From NCBI RefSeq assembly GCF_050920415.1, contig NZ_CP169309.1: DNA of 64,000 nucleotides. One strand, given 5' to 3'. Source of the DNA: Escherichia coli. Its GTDB lineage: Bacteria > Pseudomonadota > Gammaproteobacteria > Enterobacterales > Enterobacteriaceae. The notes below the pieces were generated by a model. The model had not been told where the DNA came from. It did no database searches and saw only the letters and a list, made by a program, of their open reading frames with translations. A program made the translations under genes and the position numbers. This document shows positions 1-12,523 of the stretch, piece by piece (position 1 is the stretch's first letter; each line of letters opens with the position of its first letter).

Positions 1-265
1 CAACCAGGCCACGAGCCGCTTTAACCGAGGCGTCATCGGGCGCCAGGGCTTGCACTGATTCAACGGTCAGTTCCATTACAATTCTCTATTGGCGTGGGGA
101 AATCGATGGGGTCAAGGAGGCGTTAAGCAAAGCAGGAGGAGACTGTTTTCCGTAACAGCGTATTGCGCGTCCATCGCAAATTTGTAGTGAGTATAGCGGG
201 CGGTAAATTCAGGAAACAATGGCGGATAGCGGAAAGTGTAGTTTTTCGGAAAAAGATAACTTTAT

Positions 266-298
266 CCCGTGTAACCCGTTTTAAGCGGGCTACACGGG
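266..298 (-). terminator. Imperfect 13-bp hairpin just downstream of the gltD stop; possible terminator or attenuator
   Basis: Inverted repeat cccgtgtaacccg / cgggctacacggg (one mismatch) with a 6-nt loop, 11 nt past the gltD stop; only a delayed U-tract on the minus-strand RNA. Confidence 0.3.
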
Positions 299-308
299 AG
301 GCTGCAAT

Positions 309-1739
<1,431 letters not shown>

Positions 1740-4700
1740 TTACTGCGCCTGCACGCGCAACTCTGCTGCGCTACGACTACGGTGACCCAGCAGTGCTTTT
1801 ACATCACTGGACTTCGGTTTAACCAGCGCAAATTTCGTGGCGAAGGTTGACCAGTTAGCCAGAATCTCTTCACCACGCTGGGAACCGGTATGCTGAACAT
1901 GCTCGGTGATAAGACCACGCAGATGCTCTTCATGGATCGCCAGGGAGTCAACGCTTAAGACCTCGACCAGTTCCGGGTTAACGCGTTTGCGGAAATCGCC
2001 GCTTTCATCGAGAACGTAAGCGAAGCCGCCGGTCATGCCCGCGCCGAAGTTAACGCCGGTTTTACCCAGAATACAGACAATACCGCCCGTCATATATTCA
2101 CAGCCGTTGTCGCCAATGCCTTCTACCACGGTGATAGCACCGGAATTACGCACGCCGAAACGTTCACCCGCGCGGCCTGCGGCATACAGACGACCACCGG
2201 TCGCGCCATACAGGCAGGTATTGCCGATAATGCTTGCTTCATGGCTGCGGAAGGCTGAGCCAACCGGAGGACGAATGGCGATTAAGCCGCCCGCCATGCC
2301 TTTACCGACATAGTCGTTGGCATCACCGGTCAGGTACAGTTCCACGCCGCCCGCGTTCCACACACCGAAGCTCTGGCCTGCGGTGCCGTTGAAGTACGCT
2401 TTAATCGGATCGGCTGCCAGCCCCTGATCGCCGTGCGTCTGGGCGATATAGCCCGAAAGCGATGCACCCACGGAACGGTCGGTGTTGCGAATATCGAACC
2501 AGAAGGTTTTGCTCTGACGCTCATCGACAAACGGTTTTGCCTGTTGCAGCAACTGCGCGTTTAGCAGGCCATTATCAAACGGCGGGTTGTTTTCGGTACA
2601 GTAGAGCGCCTTACCTGGATGCGGCTCGGCAGTCTCCAGCAGCTTCGACAGCGCCAGTTTCTGCTGTTTGGCGGTGAAACCGTCCAGCTCTTTGAGCAGG
2701 TCGGTACGGCCAATCAGATCCACCAGGCGCGTTACGCCCAGTTGCGCCATCAGCTCGCGGGTTTCACGGGCGATAAATTCAAAGTAGTTGGTCACTTTGA
2801 ACGGTAAGCCGTGATAGTGGTTCTTACGCAGTTTGTCATCCTGAGTTGCTACACCGGTGGCGCAGTTGTTCAGGTGGCAGATTCGCAGGTATTTACAGCC
2901 GAGCGCCACCATCGGGCCAGTGCCGAAGCCGAAGCTTTCTGCGCCGAGAATCGCCGCTTTGATGATATCGACACCTGTTTTCAGGCCGCCATCGACCTGC
3001 AAACGGATCTTATGACGCAAGCCGTTGGCAACCAGCGCTTGTTGTGTTTCAACAAGCCCCAGTTCCCACGGGCAGCCTGCGTATTTCACCGATGAAAGCG
3101 GACTTGCGCCAGTGCCGCCGTCATAGCCTGCGATGGTGATTAAATCGGCATAAGCTTTCGCTACACCTGTGGCGATGGTACCAACGCCCGGTTCGGACAC
3201 CAGCTTCACGGAGATCATCGCTTTCGGGTTGACCTGCTTGAGGTCGAAAATGAGCTGCGCTAAGTCCTCGATAGAGTAGATATCGTGGTGCGGCGGCGGG
3301 GAGATCAGCGTCACTCCGGGCACCGAATAGCGCAGTTTGGCGATGTAAGGAGTGACTTTGTCGCCCGGCAACTGACCGCCTTCGCCCGGCTTCGCGCCCT
3401 GGGCGACTTTAATCTGAATGACGTCAGCATTGACCAGGTACGCCGGAGTAACGCCGAAGCGACCAGAAGCCACCTGCTTGATGCGCGACACTTTGTTAGT
3501 GCCGTAGCGCGCCGGATCTTCACCCCCTTCACCGGAGTTCGAGTTACCGCCGATGCTGTTCATCGCTTCCGCCAGCGCCTCGTGGGCTTCCGGGCTTAAC
3601 GCGCCGATAGACATCGCAGCAGTATCGAAGCGTTTAAACAGTTCGCTTGCCGGTTCAACATCAGCAATGTTGACCGCGTTTTCACCCGGTGTAATTGCCA
3701 GCAGATCGCGCAGCGTGGTTGCCGGACGTTCATTAACCAGCTTCGCGTATTCCTGATAGTCGCTATACTCGCCGCTCTGTACCGCCTGTTGCAGCGTGCG
3801 CACCACGTCCGGGTTGTAGGCGTGGTATTCGCCACCGTGCACATATTTCAATAGGCCGCCCTGGCTGATGGGCTTGCGCGCCAGCCAGGCACGTTTCGAC
3901 AGATTCAGCAGATCCTGCTGGAAGTCTTCAAAGCTTGCCCCACCAATGCGGCTGACCGCCCCCTGGAAGCACAGGCCCACTACATCATCGTGCAGACCGA
4001 CCGCTTCGAACAGTTTCGAGCAGCGGTAAGACGCGATGGTGGAGATGCCCATTTTGGACATGATTTTGTACAAGCCTTTGTTGATGCCGTTACGGTAGTT
4101 GAGCATCACGGTACGATAATCTTTGGCAATCGCGTGGGTGTCTACCAGGCGGCCCAGCGTTTCATAGGCCAGGTACGGATAAATAGCCGTCGCGCCGAAG
4201 CCCAGCAACACGGCGAAGTGGTGCGGGTCGCGGGCGCTGGCGGTTTCGACGATGATGTTGGCATCGCAACGCAGGCTTTGATCGACCAGACGAGTCTGGA
4301 TCGCGCCAACCGCCATTGGGGCCGGAACCGGCAGGCGATCTTTAGCGATATTCCGGTCGGAGAGCACCAGCAGCACGGTGCCGCTACGTACCATTTTTTC
4401 GGCTTTGTCGCACAGCTCTTTGACCGTCGATTCGAGCGTGGTTTTAGTGACGTCAAAGGTGATATCCAGTGTATCTGCGCGGTAGTGCTCCTCTTTCATC
4501 GTCGTGAGCTGTTTGAAATCGGAGTAGAGCAGAATCGGCGATTTAAAACTTAAACGGTGCGCCTGGCCCTCTGCTTCACAGAAGACGTTCATTTCACGCC
4601 CGATGCTGGTGGCGAGCGACATAACATGCGCTTCACGCAGTGGGTCGATTGGCGGGTTGGTGACCTGGGCAAATTGCTGGCGGAAGTAATCGTAAATAAT

Positions 4701-6200
4701 GCGCGGCTGACTGGAGAGCACGGCGAATGGGGTGTCGTCGCCCATCGAACCGACCGCTTCCTGACCGTTTTCACCCAGTACGCGAATTACGGAGTCCAGC
4801 TCTTCCGCGCTGTAGTTAAACTGTTTCTGGTAGCTGACAAGCGTGTCGTCGTCCAGTTCGCGGCTACCCACTTCTTCATCGGGCAGATCTTCAAACGGTA
4901 CCAGACGGCGGACGTTTTTCTCCATCCACTCTTTATATGGATGGCGGCTTTTCAGATCGTCATCGGTTTCTGCCGAGTGCAGAATACGCCCACTGCGGGT
5001 GTCGATAACCATCAGTTCGCCTGGCCCCACGCGGCCTTTTTCGACCACTTCGTCAGGCTGATAATCCCAGATACCGACTTCAGAGGCGCAGGTGATGAGC
5101 TTATCTTTGGTGATGACGTAGCGCGCCGGACGCAGACCGTTACGGTCGAGGTTACAGGCAGCAAAACGACCATCGGACATCACGATGCCCGCCGGGCCAT
5201 CCCACGGCTCCATATGCATGGAGTTAAAGTCAAAGAAGGCACGCAGTTCCGGGTCCATATCCGGGTTGTTCTGCCAGGCGGGTGGTACTAACAGACGCAT
5301 GGCGCGGATGATATCCATCCCGCCCGCCAGCAGCAGTTCCAGCATGTTATCCATGGAACTGGAGTCAGAGCCGGTTTCGTTGACGAACGGCGCGGCGTCG
5401 TGCAGGTCAGGGATCAGCGGTGTCTGGAATTTATAGGTACGCGCGCGCGCCCATTGGCGGTTACCGGTGATGGTGTTGATTTCACCGTTATGCGCCAGGT
5501 AGCGGAACGGCTGTGCCAGCGGCCAGCGCGGTACGGTGTTAGTGGAGAAGCGCTGGTGGAACAGGCAAATGGCCGATTCCAGACGCAGGTCCGCAAGATC
5601 CAGGTAGAAGCGCGGCAGATCCGCCGGCATACACAGACCTTTATAGATGTTCACCAGATTCGACAGGCTACAGACGTAGAAGTCTTTGTCAGCTTCGAGA
5701 CGCTTTTCAATGCGGCGGCGGGCGATAAACAGACGGCGCTCCATATCGCGCGGACGCCAACCTGCCGGGGCGTTCACAAAAATTTGCTCAATGCGTGGCA
5801 GAGAGGAGAGGGCGATTTCACCCAGCACGCCTTCGTTAGTGGGGACATCACGCCAGCCGACAATCGACAACGTTTCGCGTTGCAGCTCTTCTTCAACGAT
5901 GCGGCGTGCGGTCGCGGCGAGTTCAGGATCTTTATTCAGGAAAAGCATCCCGACGGCGTAGTTTTTCGCTAAACGCCAGCCTCGCTCCTGCGCAACAATG
6001 TGAAAAAAGCGATCCGGTTTTTGTAACAGCAAGCCGCAACCGTCACCGGTTTTACCATCGGCGAGAATCGCGCCACGGTGCTGCATGCGGGCCAGTGCGT
6101 GTATTGCAGTACGCACTACCTTGTGGCTAGGTTCGCCTTCTATGTGGGCGATCAGGCCGAAACCACAGTTATCCCTCTCAAGGGATTTATCGTACAACAT
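1740..6200 (-). CDS. gltB: Glutamate synthase large subunit
   Basis: ORF open to 6308 (1522 aa), but Met37 at 6200 gives the 1486-aa protein (MLYDKSLERDNCGFGL...) with the Ntn-amidotransferase Cys following a short propeptide. Confidence 0.95.
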   Translation of the reverse strand: MLYDKSLERDNCGFGLIAHIEGEPSHKVVRTAIHALARMQHRGAILADGKTGDGCGLLLQKPDRFFHIVAQERGWRLAKNYAVGMLFLNKDPELAATARRIVEEELQRETLSIVGWRDVPTNEGVLGEIALSSLPRIEQIFVNAPAGWRPRDMERRLFIARRRIEKRLEADKDFYVCSLSNLVNIYKGLCMPADLPRFYLDLADLRLESAICLFHQRFSTNTVPRWPLAQPFRYLAHNGEINTITGNRQWARARTYKFQTPLIPDLHDAAPFVNETGSDSSSMDNMLELLLAGGMDIIRAMRLLVPPAWQNNPDMDPELRAFFDFNSMHMEPWDGPAGIVMSDGRFAACNLDRNGLRPARYVITKDKLITCASEVGIWDYQPDEVVEKGRVGPGELMVIDTRSGRILHSAETDDDLKSRHPYKEWMEKNVRRLVPFEDLPDEEVGSRELDDDTLVSYQKQFNYSAEELDSVIRVLGENGQEAVGSMGDDTPFAVLSSQPRIIYDYFRQQFAQVTNPPIDPLREAHVMSLATSIGREMNVFCEAEGQAHRLSFKSPILLYSDFKQLTTMKEEHYRADTLDITFDVTKTTLESTVKELCDKAEKMVRSGTVLLVLSDRNIAKDRLPVPAPMAVGAIQTRLVDQSLRCDANIIVETASARDPHHFAVLLGFGATAIYPYLAYETLGRLVDTHAIAKDYRTVMLNYRNGINKGLYKIMSKMGISTIASYRCSKLFEAVGLHDDVVGLCFQGAVSRIGGASFEDFQQDLLNLSKRAWLARKPISQGGLLKYVHGGEYHAYNPDVVRTLQQAVQSGEYSDYQEYAKLVNERPATTLRDLLAITPGENAVNIADVEPASELFKRFDTAAMSIGALSPEAHEALAEAMNSIGGNSNSGEGGEDPARYGTNKVSRIKQVASGRFGVTPAYLVNADVIQIKVAQGAKPGEGGQLPGDKVTPYIAKLRYSVPGVTLISPPPHHDIYSIEDLAQLIFDLKQVNPKAMISVKLVSEPGVGTIATGVAKAYADLITIAGYDGGTGASPLSSVKYAGCPWELGLVETQQALVANGLRHKIRLQVDGGLKTGVDIIKAAILGAESFGFGTGPMVALGCKYLRICHLNNCATGVATQDDKLRKNHYHGLPFKVTNYFEFIARETRELMAQLGVTRLVDLIGRTDLLKELDGFTAKQQKLALSKLLETAEPHPGKALYCTENNPPFDNGLLNAQLLQQAKPFVDERQSKTFWFDIRNTDRSVGASLSGYIAQTHGDQGLAADPIKAYFNGTAGQSFGVWNAGGVELYLTGDANDYVGKGMAGGLIAIRPPVGSAFRSHEASIIGNTCLYGATGGRLYAAGRAGERFGVRNSGAITVVEGIGDNGCEYMTGGIVCILGKTGVNFGAGMTGGFAYVLDESGDFRKRVNPELVEVLSVDSLAIHEEHLRGLITEHVQHTGSQRGEEILANWSTFATKFALVKPKSSDVKALLGHRSRSAAELRVQAQ

Positions 6201-6874
6201 ATCGTGAACCTCCCCCAGGCTCTGCGGGAACCCCACTTCCGAACCGCTGCGCACGGGCACAGAAAGAGCGTGGCGACGGGGTTTGCGTTTCATACGCGCG
6301 CCTCGCATTCGCCCCCTTGTTGTCCTTTTCGCATCGATTAATACGGTGAAGAGGGGATCTCAATTACTGCATAAATATGATGAGCAGGCTGCTCATCCAG
6401 AAAGCTTCCAGCGGATTTCCAACTTATCGGGAAAGCTGATACAGGTCAAATGGCAAGCTTATTGGTACAGAAATGTGCTTTAGCGCAAAATTCTTTATTA
6501 ATTCATTGAAATTAAAAAGGATTTGTTAATTAAGTTGAAAAGAGGCGTCGTTAGGGAAGCAGTCATTTCCTGACTGTCATAAAGGCGTGTTAACCCTTAT
6601 CCTGCCTTGAACTGATGAGAAAACCAGCATTTTATACTGCCTTAATTGGTAATGACGTTTCATGCTACTGTTTTTGCCTAAAATCCATAAGGAGATAAAA
6701 AAATCTGACACAAGATAAGCAAAAGTGATTTATGTGATTATGCATGAAATTTCGGTAATTTTGATTGATTATGCAATTGATAAAAGCAGGCTGGGACGAT
6801 TGATCCAGGTCATCGCCGAATTGAGCTAAAAATGGCAGGCTTTGGCCTCTTTTCAAGGCGCGGTCTATCAGATT

Positions 6875-7804
6875 ATGCAGTTACAGAAATTAGTCAATAT
6901 GTTTGGTGGTGATCTCACCCGTCGTTATGGGCAAAAGGTGCATAAGCTGACGCTGCACGGCGGTTTTAGCTGCCCTAACCGTGACGGTACCATCGGGCGT
7001 GGTGGCTGCACATTCTGTAATGTTGCCTCGTTTGCCGATGAAGCGCAGCAGCATCATTCCATTGCCGAGCAACTGGCGCACCAGGCGAATTTAGTTAACC
7101 GCGCTAAACGCTATCTGGCCTACTTTCAGGCGTATACCAGCACCTTTGCCGAAGTTCAGGTGCTGCGTTCTATGTATCAGCAGGCGGTGAGCCAGGCCAA
7201 TATTGTCGGTTTGTGTGTTGGTACCCGCCCGGACTGCGTGCCGGATGCGGTGCTGGATCTGCTTTGCGAATATAAAGACCAGGGCTACGAAGTGTGGCTG
7301 GAGCTGGGGCTACAAACCGCCCACGACAAAACGCTGCATCGCATCAATCGCGGTCATGATTTTGCCTGCTATCAGCGCACGACGCAGCTGGCGCGTGAGC
7401 GCGGGCTGAAGGTGTGTTCTCACTTAATTGTCGGCCTGCCTGGAGAAGGGCAGGCTGAATGTTTGCAAACGCTGGAGCGAGTGGTTGAAACCGGCGTGGA
7501 CGGCATAAAGCTGCATCCGCTACATATAGTAAAAGGCAGCATTATGGCGAAAGCCTGGGAAGCGGGGCGTTTGAACGGTATTGAACTGGACGATTACACG
7601 CTCACTGCCGGAGAAATGATTCGCCATACGCCACCGGAAGTGATCTACCACCGCATTTCCGCCAGCGCCCGTCGCCCGACGCTGCTTGCTCCGCTGTGGT
7701 GCGAAAATCGATGGACGGGAATGGTCGAGCTGGATCGCTATCTGAATGAACATGGCGTACAGGGATCGGCGCTGGGACGTCCGTGGCTACCTCCAACGGA
7801 GTAG
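6875..7804 (+). CDS. yhcC: Radical SAM family protein YhcC
   Basis: ATG at 6875 gives 309 aa; the track ORF starts at an upstream TTG; CxxxCxxC-type Cys motif (CPNRDGTIGRGGCTFC); divergent from gltB. Confidence 0.9.
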   Translation: MQLQKLVNMFGGDLTRRYGQKVHKLTLHGGFSCPNRDGTIGRGGCTFCNVASFADEAQQHHSIAEQLAHQANLVNRAKRYLAYFQAYTSTFAEVQVLRSMYQQAVSQANIVGLCVGTRPDCVPDAVLDLLCEYKDQGYEVWLELGLQTAHDKTLHRINRGHDFACYQRTTQLARERGLKVCSHLIVGLPGEGQAECLQTLERVVETGVDGIKLHPLHIVKGSIMAKAWEAGRLNGIELDDYTLTAGEMIRHTPPEVIYHRISASARRPTLLAPLWCENRWTGMVELDRYLNEHGVQGSALGRPWLPPTE

Positions 7805-7899
7805 GCCATTGAGGGGAATTCCGCATTTCTCACACAATTTATAACGTAACTGTCAGAATTGGGTATTATTGGGGCAGGTTGTCGTGAAGGAATTCCCTA

Positions 7900-10236
7900 A
7901 TGAAGCAAATTCGTCTGCTGGCGCAGTATTATGTTGACCTGATGATGAAGTTAGGTCTGGTGCGCTTCTCAATGTTGCTGGCGCTGGCCCTCGTCGTTCT
8001 TGCCATTGTGGTACAAATGGCAGTGACCATGGTGCTGCATGGTCAGGTCGAAAGCATTGATGTTATTCGTTCTATCTTCTTTGGTTTGCTGATTACGCCG
8101 TGGGCGGTCTACTTTCTATCGGTGGTCGTCGAGCAACTGGAGGAGTCACGACAACGTCTGTCACGGCTGGTGCAAAAACTGGAGGAGATGCGCGAGCGCG
8201 ATTTGAGCCTCAACGTTCAGTTAAAAGATAATATTGCCCAGCTAAATCAGGAAATTGCCGTTCGTGAAAAAGCGGAAGCAGAACTGCAGGAAACCTTCGG
8301 CCAACTGAAAATTGAAATTAAAGAGCGCGAAGAGACACAAATTCAGCTCGAGCAGCAATCCTCATTCTTACGTTCCTTCCTTGATGCTTCACCCGACCTG
8401 GTTTTTTATCGTAACGAAGATAAAGAGTTTTCCGGCTGTAACCGCGCGATGGAGCTGCTGACCGGAAAAAGCGAAAAACAACTGGTTCATTTAAAACCTG
8501 CTGATGTTTACTCACCGGAAGCCGCTGCGAAAGTCATTGAAACCGATGAAAAAGTGTTCCGTTATAATGTGTCACTGACCTATGAGCAGTGGCTGGATTA
8601 TCCCGACGGACGCAAAGCCTGCTTTGAAATCCGTAAAGTGCCGTACTACGACCGCGTGGGTAAACGTCACGGTTTAATGGGTTTTGGTCGCGACATTACC
8701 GAGCGTAAGCGGTATCAGGATGCACTTGAACGCGCCAGCCGCGACAAAACAACGTTTATCTCCACCATCAGTCACGAATTGCGTACACCGCTGAACGGTA
8801 TCGTCGGCCTGAGCCGCATTCTGCTGGATACTGAACTTACCGCTGAGCAGGAAAAATATCTCAAAACCATCCATGTTTCTGCCGTCACGCTGGGGAATAT
8901 CTTCAACGATATTATCGACATGGATAAGATGGAACGGCGCAAGGTCCAGCTTGATAATCAGCCGGTTGATTTCACCAGCTTCCTTGCCGACCTGGAAAAT
9001 CTCTCCGCATTGCAGGCGCAACAGAAAGGATTGCGCTTTAATCTGGAGCCGACGCTGCCATTACCGCATCAGGTCATTACCGACGGGACGCGTTTACGGC
9101 AGATCCTGTGGAATCTCATCAGTAACGCCGTCAAATTCACCCAGCAAGGCCAGGTTACCGTGCGCGTGCGCTACGATGAAGGCGATATGCTGCATTTTGA
9201 AGTGGAAGACTCTGGTATCGGCATTCCGCAGGATGAGCTGGATAAAATCTTCGCCATGTATTACCAGGTGAAAGACAGTCATGGCGGTAAACCTGCCACT
9301 GGCACCGGTATTGGTCTGGCCGTTTCTCGTCGTCTGGCGAAAAATATGGGCGGCGATATTACGGTTACCAGCGAACAGGGCAAAGGTTCCACCTTTACGT
9401 TGACGATCCACGCACCATCGGTGGCTGAAGAGGTCGATGATGCGTTTGACGAAGACGATATGCCTTTACCGGCGCTGAATGTGCTGCTAGTAGAGGACAT
9501 TGAACTGAACGTGATTGTCGCGCGTTCTGTGCTGGAAAAATTAGGAAACAGCGTTGATGTCGCCATGACCGGCAAGGCGGCGCTGGAGATGTTTAAACCG
9601 GGTGAATACGACCTGGTGTTGCTGGATATTCAGTTGCCAGATATGACCGGGCTGGATATCTCTCGTGAACTGACGAAGCGATATCCGCGCGAGGATTTAC
9701 CACCGCTGGTAGCCTTAACCGCTAACGTGCTGAAAGACAAACAAGAGTACCTCAATGCTGGAATGGATGATGTGCTGAGTAAGCCGCTTTCTGTTCCGGC
9801 GCTAACCGCGATGATCAAGAAATTCTGGGATACCCAGGATGATGAGGAGAGTACGGTGACGACAGAAGAGAACAGTAAATCAGAAGCATTGCTCGATATT
9901 CCCATGCTGGAACAGTATCTCGAACTTGTAGGACCGAAGTTGATCACCGATGGGTTAGCGGTGTTTGAGAAGATGATGCCGGGATATGTCAGCGTGCTGG
10001 AGTCGAATCTGACGGCGCAGGATAAAAAAGGCATTGTTGAGGAAGGACATAAAATTAAAGGTGCGGCGGGGTCAGTGGGGTTACGCCATCTGCAACAGCT
10101 GGGTCAGCAAATTCAGTCTCCTGACCTTCCAGCCTGGGAAGATAACGTCGGTGAATGGATTGAAGAGATGAAAGAAGAGTGGCGTCACGACGTAGAAGTA
10201 CTGAAAGCGTGGGTGGCAAAAGCTACTAAAAAATGA
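7900..10236 (+). CDS. arcB: Aerobic respiration control sensor histidine kinase ArcB (hybrid kinase with receiver and HPt domains)
   Basis: 778-aa ORF; two N-terminal TM segments, leucine zipper/PAS region, H-box SHELRTPLN, receiver domain and C-terminal HPt; recognised as ArcB. Confidence 0.97.
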   Translation: MKQIRLLAQYYVDLMMKLGLVRFSMLLALALVVLAIVVQMAVTMVLHGQVESIDVIRSIFFGLLITPWAVYFLSVVVEQLEESRQRLSRLVQKLEEMRERDLSLNVQLKDNIAQLNQEIAVREKAEAELQETFGQLKIEIKEREETQIQLEQQSSFLRSFLDASPDLVFYRNEDKEFSGCNRAMELLTGKSEKQLVHLKPADVYSPEAAAKVIETDEKVFRYNVSLTYEQWLDYPDGRKACFEIRKVPYYDRVGKRHGLMGFGRDITERKRYQDALERASRDKTTFISTISHELRTPLNGIVGLSRILLDTELTAEQEKYLKTIHVSAVTLGNIFNDIIDMDKMERRKVQLDNQPVDFTSFLADLENLSALQAQQKGLRFNLEPTLPLPHQVITDGTRLRQILWNLISNAVKFTQQGQVTVRVRYDEGDMLHFEVEDSGIGIPQDELDKIFAMYYQVKDSHGGKPATGTGIGLAVSRRLAKNMGGDITVTSEQGKGSTFTLTIHAPSVAEEVDDAFDEDDMPLPALNVLLVEDIELNVIVARSVLEKLGNSVDVAMTGKAALEMFKPGEYDLVLLDIQLPDMTGLDISRELTKRYPREDLPPLVALTANVLKDKQEYLNAGMDDVLSKPLSVPALTAMIKKFWDTQDDEESTVTTEENSKSEALLDIPMLEQYLELVGPKLITDGLAVFEKMMPGYVSVLESNLTAQDKKGIVEEGHKIKGAAGSVGLRHLQQLGQQIQSPDLPAWEDNVGEWIEEMKEEWRHDVEVLKAWVAKATKK

Positions 10237-10348
10237 CCCCGGCTAGACCGGGGTGCGCGAATACTGCGCCAACACCAGGGAAATCTTGGCTGCGCCGTAA
10301 ATTATTATGATGAGTTACAAGGGCACAGCACTGTTTTTCAGGCCGCAC
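10228..10348 (-). ncRNA. arcZ: ArcZ (SraH/RyhA) Hfq-dependent sRNA, convergent with arcB and overlapping its last codons
   Basis: Minus strand reads GUGCGGCCUGAAAAACAGUGCUGUGCCC...GCGCACCCCGGUCUAGCCGGGGUCAUUUUUU, matching my recollection of ArcZ (~121 nt); ends in a GC hairpin plus U-run that overlaps the arcB stop. Confidence 0.75.
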
Positions 10349-10465
10349 GCAGTTAAGATAGCAAAACTTAAATGATTTGTTACATGAATCAGTTAAATGT
10401 GTGATGCGTAGCATTTTTATTAAAAAAATTAATGTGTTTCAGTCAATTGCGAAAGGATGATCACA

Positions 10466-11119
10466 ATGAAGAAAATTGGCGTAATTCTGAGCGGATGCGG
10501 CGTCTATGACGGTTCTGAAATTCATGAAGCGGTGTTGACGTTGTTAGCTATTTCACGCAGCGGTGCGCAGGCGGTCTGCTTTGCACCGGATAAGCAGCAG
10601 GTTGATGTTATCAACCATTTAACTGGCGAAGCGATGACGGAAACGCGCAATGTGCTGATTGAAGCGGCACGAATAACGCGCGGTGAAATCCGTCCTCTGG
10701 CTCAGGCCGATGCCGCTGAACTGGATGCGTTGATTGTGCCGGGGGGGGTTGGCGCGGCGAAGAATTTAAGCAATTTTGCCAGTCTTGGTAGCGAATGCAC
10801 CGTTGACCGTGAATTAAAGGCGCTGGCACAAGCGATGCATCAGGCCGGAAAACCGCTTGGTTTTATGTGTATTGCCCCGGCGATGCTGCCGAAAATTTTC
10901 GATTTCCCGCTGCGTTTGACCATCGGTATTGATATCGATACCGCAGAAGTGCTGGAAGAGATGGGCGCGGAGCATGTGCCGTGTCCTGTCGATGATATCG
11001 TGGTTGATGAAGACAATAAGATTGTCACCACCCCGGCATATATGCTTGCGCAGAACATTGCAGAAGCGGCGAGCGGCATTGATAAGCTGGTTTCCCGCGT
11101 GCTGGTTCTGACTGAATGA
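10466..11119 (+). CDS. elbB: DJ-1/PfpI-family glyoxalase ElbB
   Basis: ATG at 10466 ([21 protein letters not shown]...) gives 217 aa; class I glutamine amidotransferase-like fold. Confidence 0.93.
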   Translation: MKKIGVILSGCGVYDGSEIHEAVLTLLAISRSGAQAVCFAPDKQQVDVINHLTGEAMTETRNVLIEAARITRGEIRPLAQADAAELDALIVPGGVGAAKNLSNFASLGSECTVDRELKALAQAMHQAGKPLGFMCIAPAMLPKIFDFPLRLTIGIDIDTAEVLEEMGAEHVPCPVDDIVVDEDNKIVTTPAYMLAQNIAEAASGIDKLVSRVLVLTE

Positions 11120-11844
11120 GTAAAAGCCGCTTAACGGTGTTTAGTTTCGTTCGCCGTTTTCTTCTACGGTTAATGGTTGTCCTCGCCGTTTTCTGGGGCG
11201 GGGGCATCGCGTTGTTTAGCGTTGCGCCTGTTCCTTTCTCAGCGGTAATGGCCGAGCGACAAGTCAGCGCCTGGCTGCATGGCAATTTTCGTTACGTGGC
11301 ACATTCTGACTGGGTCAGTATGGATCAAATCTCGCCGTGGATGGGACTGGCGGTGATTGCCGCAGAAGATCAGAAGTTTCCTGAGCACTGGGGCTTTGAT
11401 GTCGCTTCCATTGAGCAAGCCCTGGCGCACAACGAGCGCAATGAAAACCGTATTCGCGGCGCATCAACGATTTCTCAGCAAACAGCCAAAAATCTCTTTT
11501 TATGGGATGGACGTAGCTGGGTACGAAAAGGGTTGGAAGCCGGATTAACGCTGGGGATAGAAACAGTCTGGAGCAAAAAGCGTATCCTGACGGTTTACCT
11601 GAATATCGCCGAATTTGGCGACGGTGTGTTTGGCGTCGAAGCTGCGGCACAACGTTATTTCCACAAACCCGCGAGCAAACTTACCCGGTCGGAAGCTGCG
11701 TTACTGGCTGCCGTATTACCTAATCCACTGCGTTTCAAAGTCTCCGCGCCATCGGGCTATGTGCGTAGCCGTCAGGCGTGGATTTTACGGCAGATGTATC
11801 AGTTAGGCGGTGAGTCGTTTATGCAACAACACCAGCTGAATTAA
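11116..11844 (+). CDS. mtgA: Monofunctional biosynthetic peptidoglycan transglycosylase
   Basis: 242-aa ORF with N-terminal TM helix and GT51 transglycosylase motifs; start overlaps the elbB stop (ATGA). Confidence 0.94.
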   Translation: MSKSRLTVFSFVRRFLLRLMVVLAVFWGGGIALFSVAPVPFSAVMAERQVSAWLHGNFRYVAHSDWVSMDQISPWMGLAVIAAEDQKFPEHWGFDVASIEQALAHNERNENRIRGASTISQQTAKNLFLWDGRSWVRKGLEAGLTLGIETVWSKKRILTVYLNIAEFGDGVFGVEAAAQRYFHKPASKLTRSEAALLAAVLPNPLRFKVSAPSGYVRSRQAWILRQMYQLGGESFMQQHQLN

Positions 11845-12473
11845 GCTTCGCGCGAAGTGAGGGCCAGCGTTTTGCTCTCACGTGGTTGCAGATCTTTCTG
11901 TAGGGCAATAGCCAGTGCCGGCTGGGCGATAAACCGTTTCCATAACCGCTCTTGCTTTCGCTGACAACACCACTTTGACCAGGTCGCCAGTGGAATCAAC
12001 GTGCTTTCACCAATGTTGTCGCAGACGACGGGGATAACCTCTGACTCACTGATGCGGTGACAGAGGATATTCTGCGGCTTCAACGACATCGTCACGATAT
12101 GGTTATCCTGCAAATAACGTTTCAGCTGTTTCAGTAACTGGCGCAGCTGTGCAACGTCTTCTTCGTAACGGCATTGTTCTGCAAATTCGGTCAGCGTAAC
12201 GGAGGGCTTACCGTCGAAATCGGCAATCACATCGTAGACATAACCCGTTCCGCAATCCGTCTCCACGGTACCGTGATAGCGCGGTATTCCACTCCAGTCT
12301 TTTAACCGGCGACCAAGATGCGCGTAATACTTTAACTCACGGCGGATCTCTTTATCACCACCATCACCACGGTGGTAGACAATCTTGATACAGCGTTGGG
12401 CATCTTCCGGATGCGCATAGCATTTCCGATGTCTTCCGGTGCCCAGGGGATTTTGTTCAGATAAGCGAATCAT
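11841..12473 (-). CDS. yrbL: PhoP-regulated protein YrbL
   Basis: ATG at 12473 ([24 protein letters not shown]...) gives 210 aa; its stop codon overlaps the mtgA stop (convergent 4-bp overlap). Confidence 0.9.
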   Translation of the reverse strand: MIRLSEQNPLGTGRHRKCYAHPEDAQRCIKIVYHRGDGGDKEIRRELKYYAHLGRRLKDWSGIPRYHGTVETDCGTGYVYDVIADFDGKPSVTLTEFAEQCRYEEDVAQLRQLLKQLKRYLQDNHIVTMSLKPQNILCHRISESEVIPVVCDNIGESTLIPLATWSKWCCQRKQERLWKRFIAQPALAIALQKDLQPRESKTLALTSREA

Positions 12474-12523
12474 ACCATCTCCTGGAAATATTTTCTGACG
12501 ATCTCCAGTATGGTCGAATAACT

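Noticed and set aside
1-76. Minus-strand ORF start (MELTVESVQALAPDDASVKAARGLV...) running off the window edge, considered as gltF
   Set aside because: No signal peptide as expected for periplasmic GltF; in the K-12 arrangement gltF begins several hundred bp further from gltD, so this is most likely a chance ORF in the gltD-gltF spacer. Only 25 codons are visible.
6201-6308. Upstream extensions of track ORFs (gltB to 1522 aa, yhcC, hpf, lptA, kdsD, mlaD, mlaB, ibaG, rplU, folP, secG, rbfA, pnp, deaD, ubiT/U/V, yhbO and others)
   Set aside because: The extensions begin at alternative codons or run into upstream genes and terminators; internal starts give the established protein lengths and N-termini.
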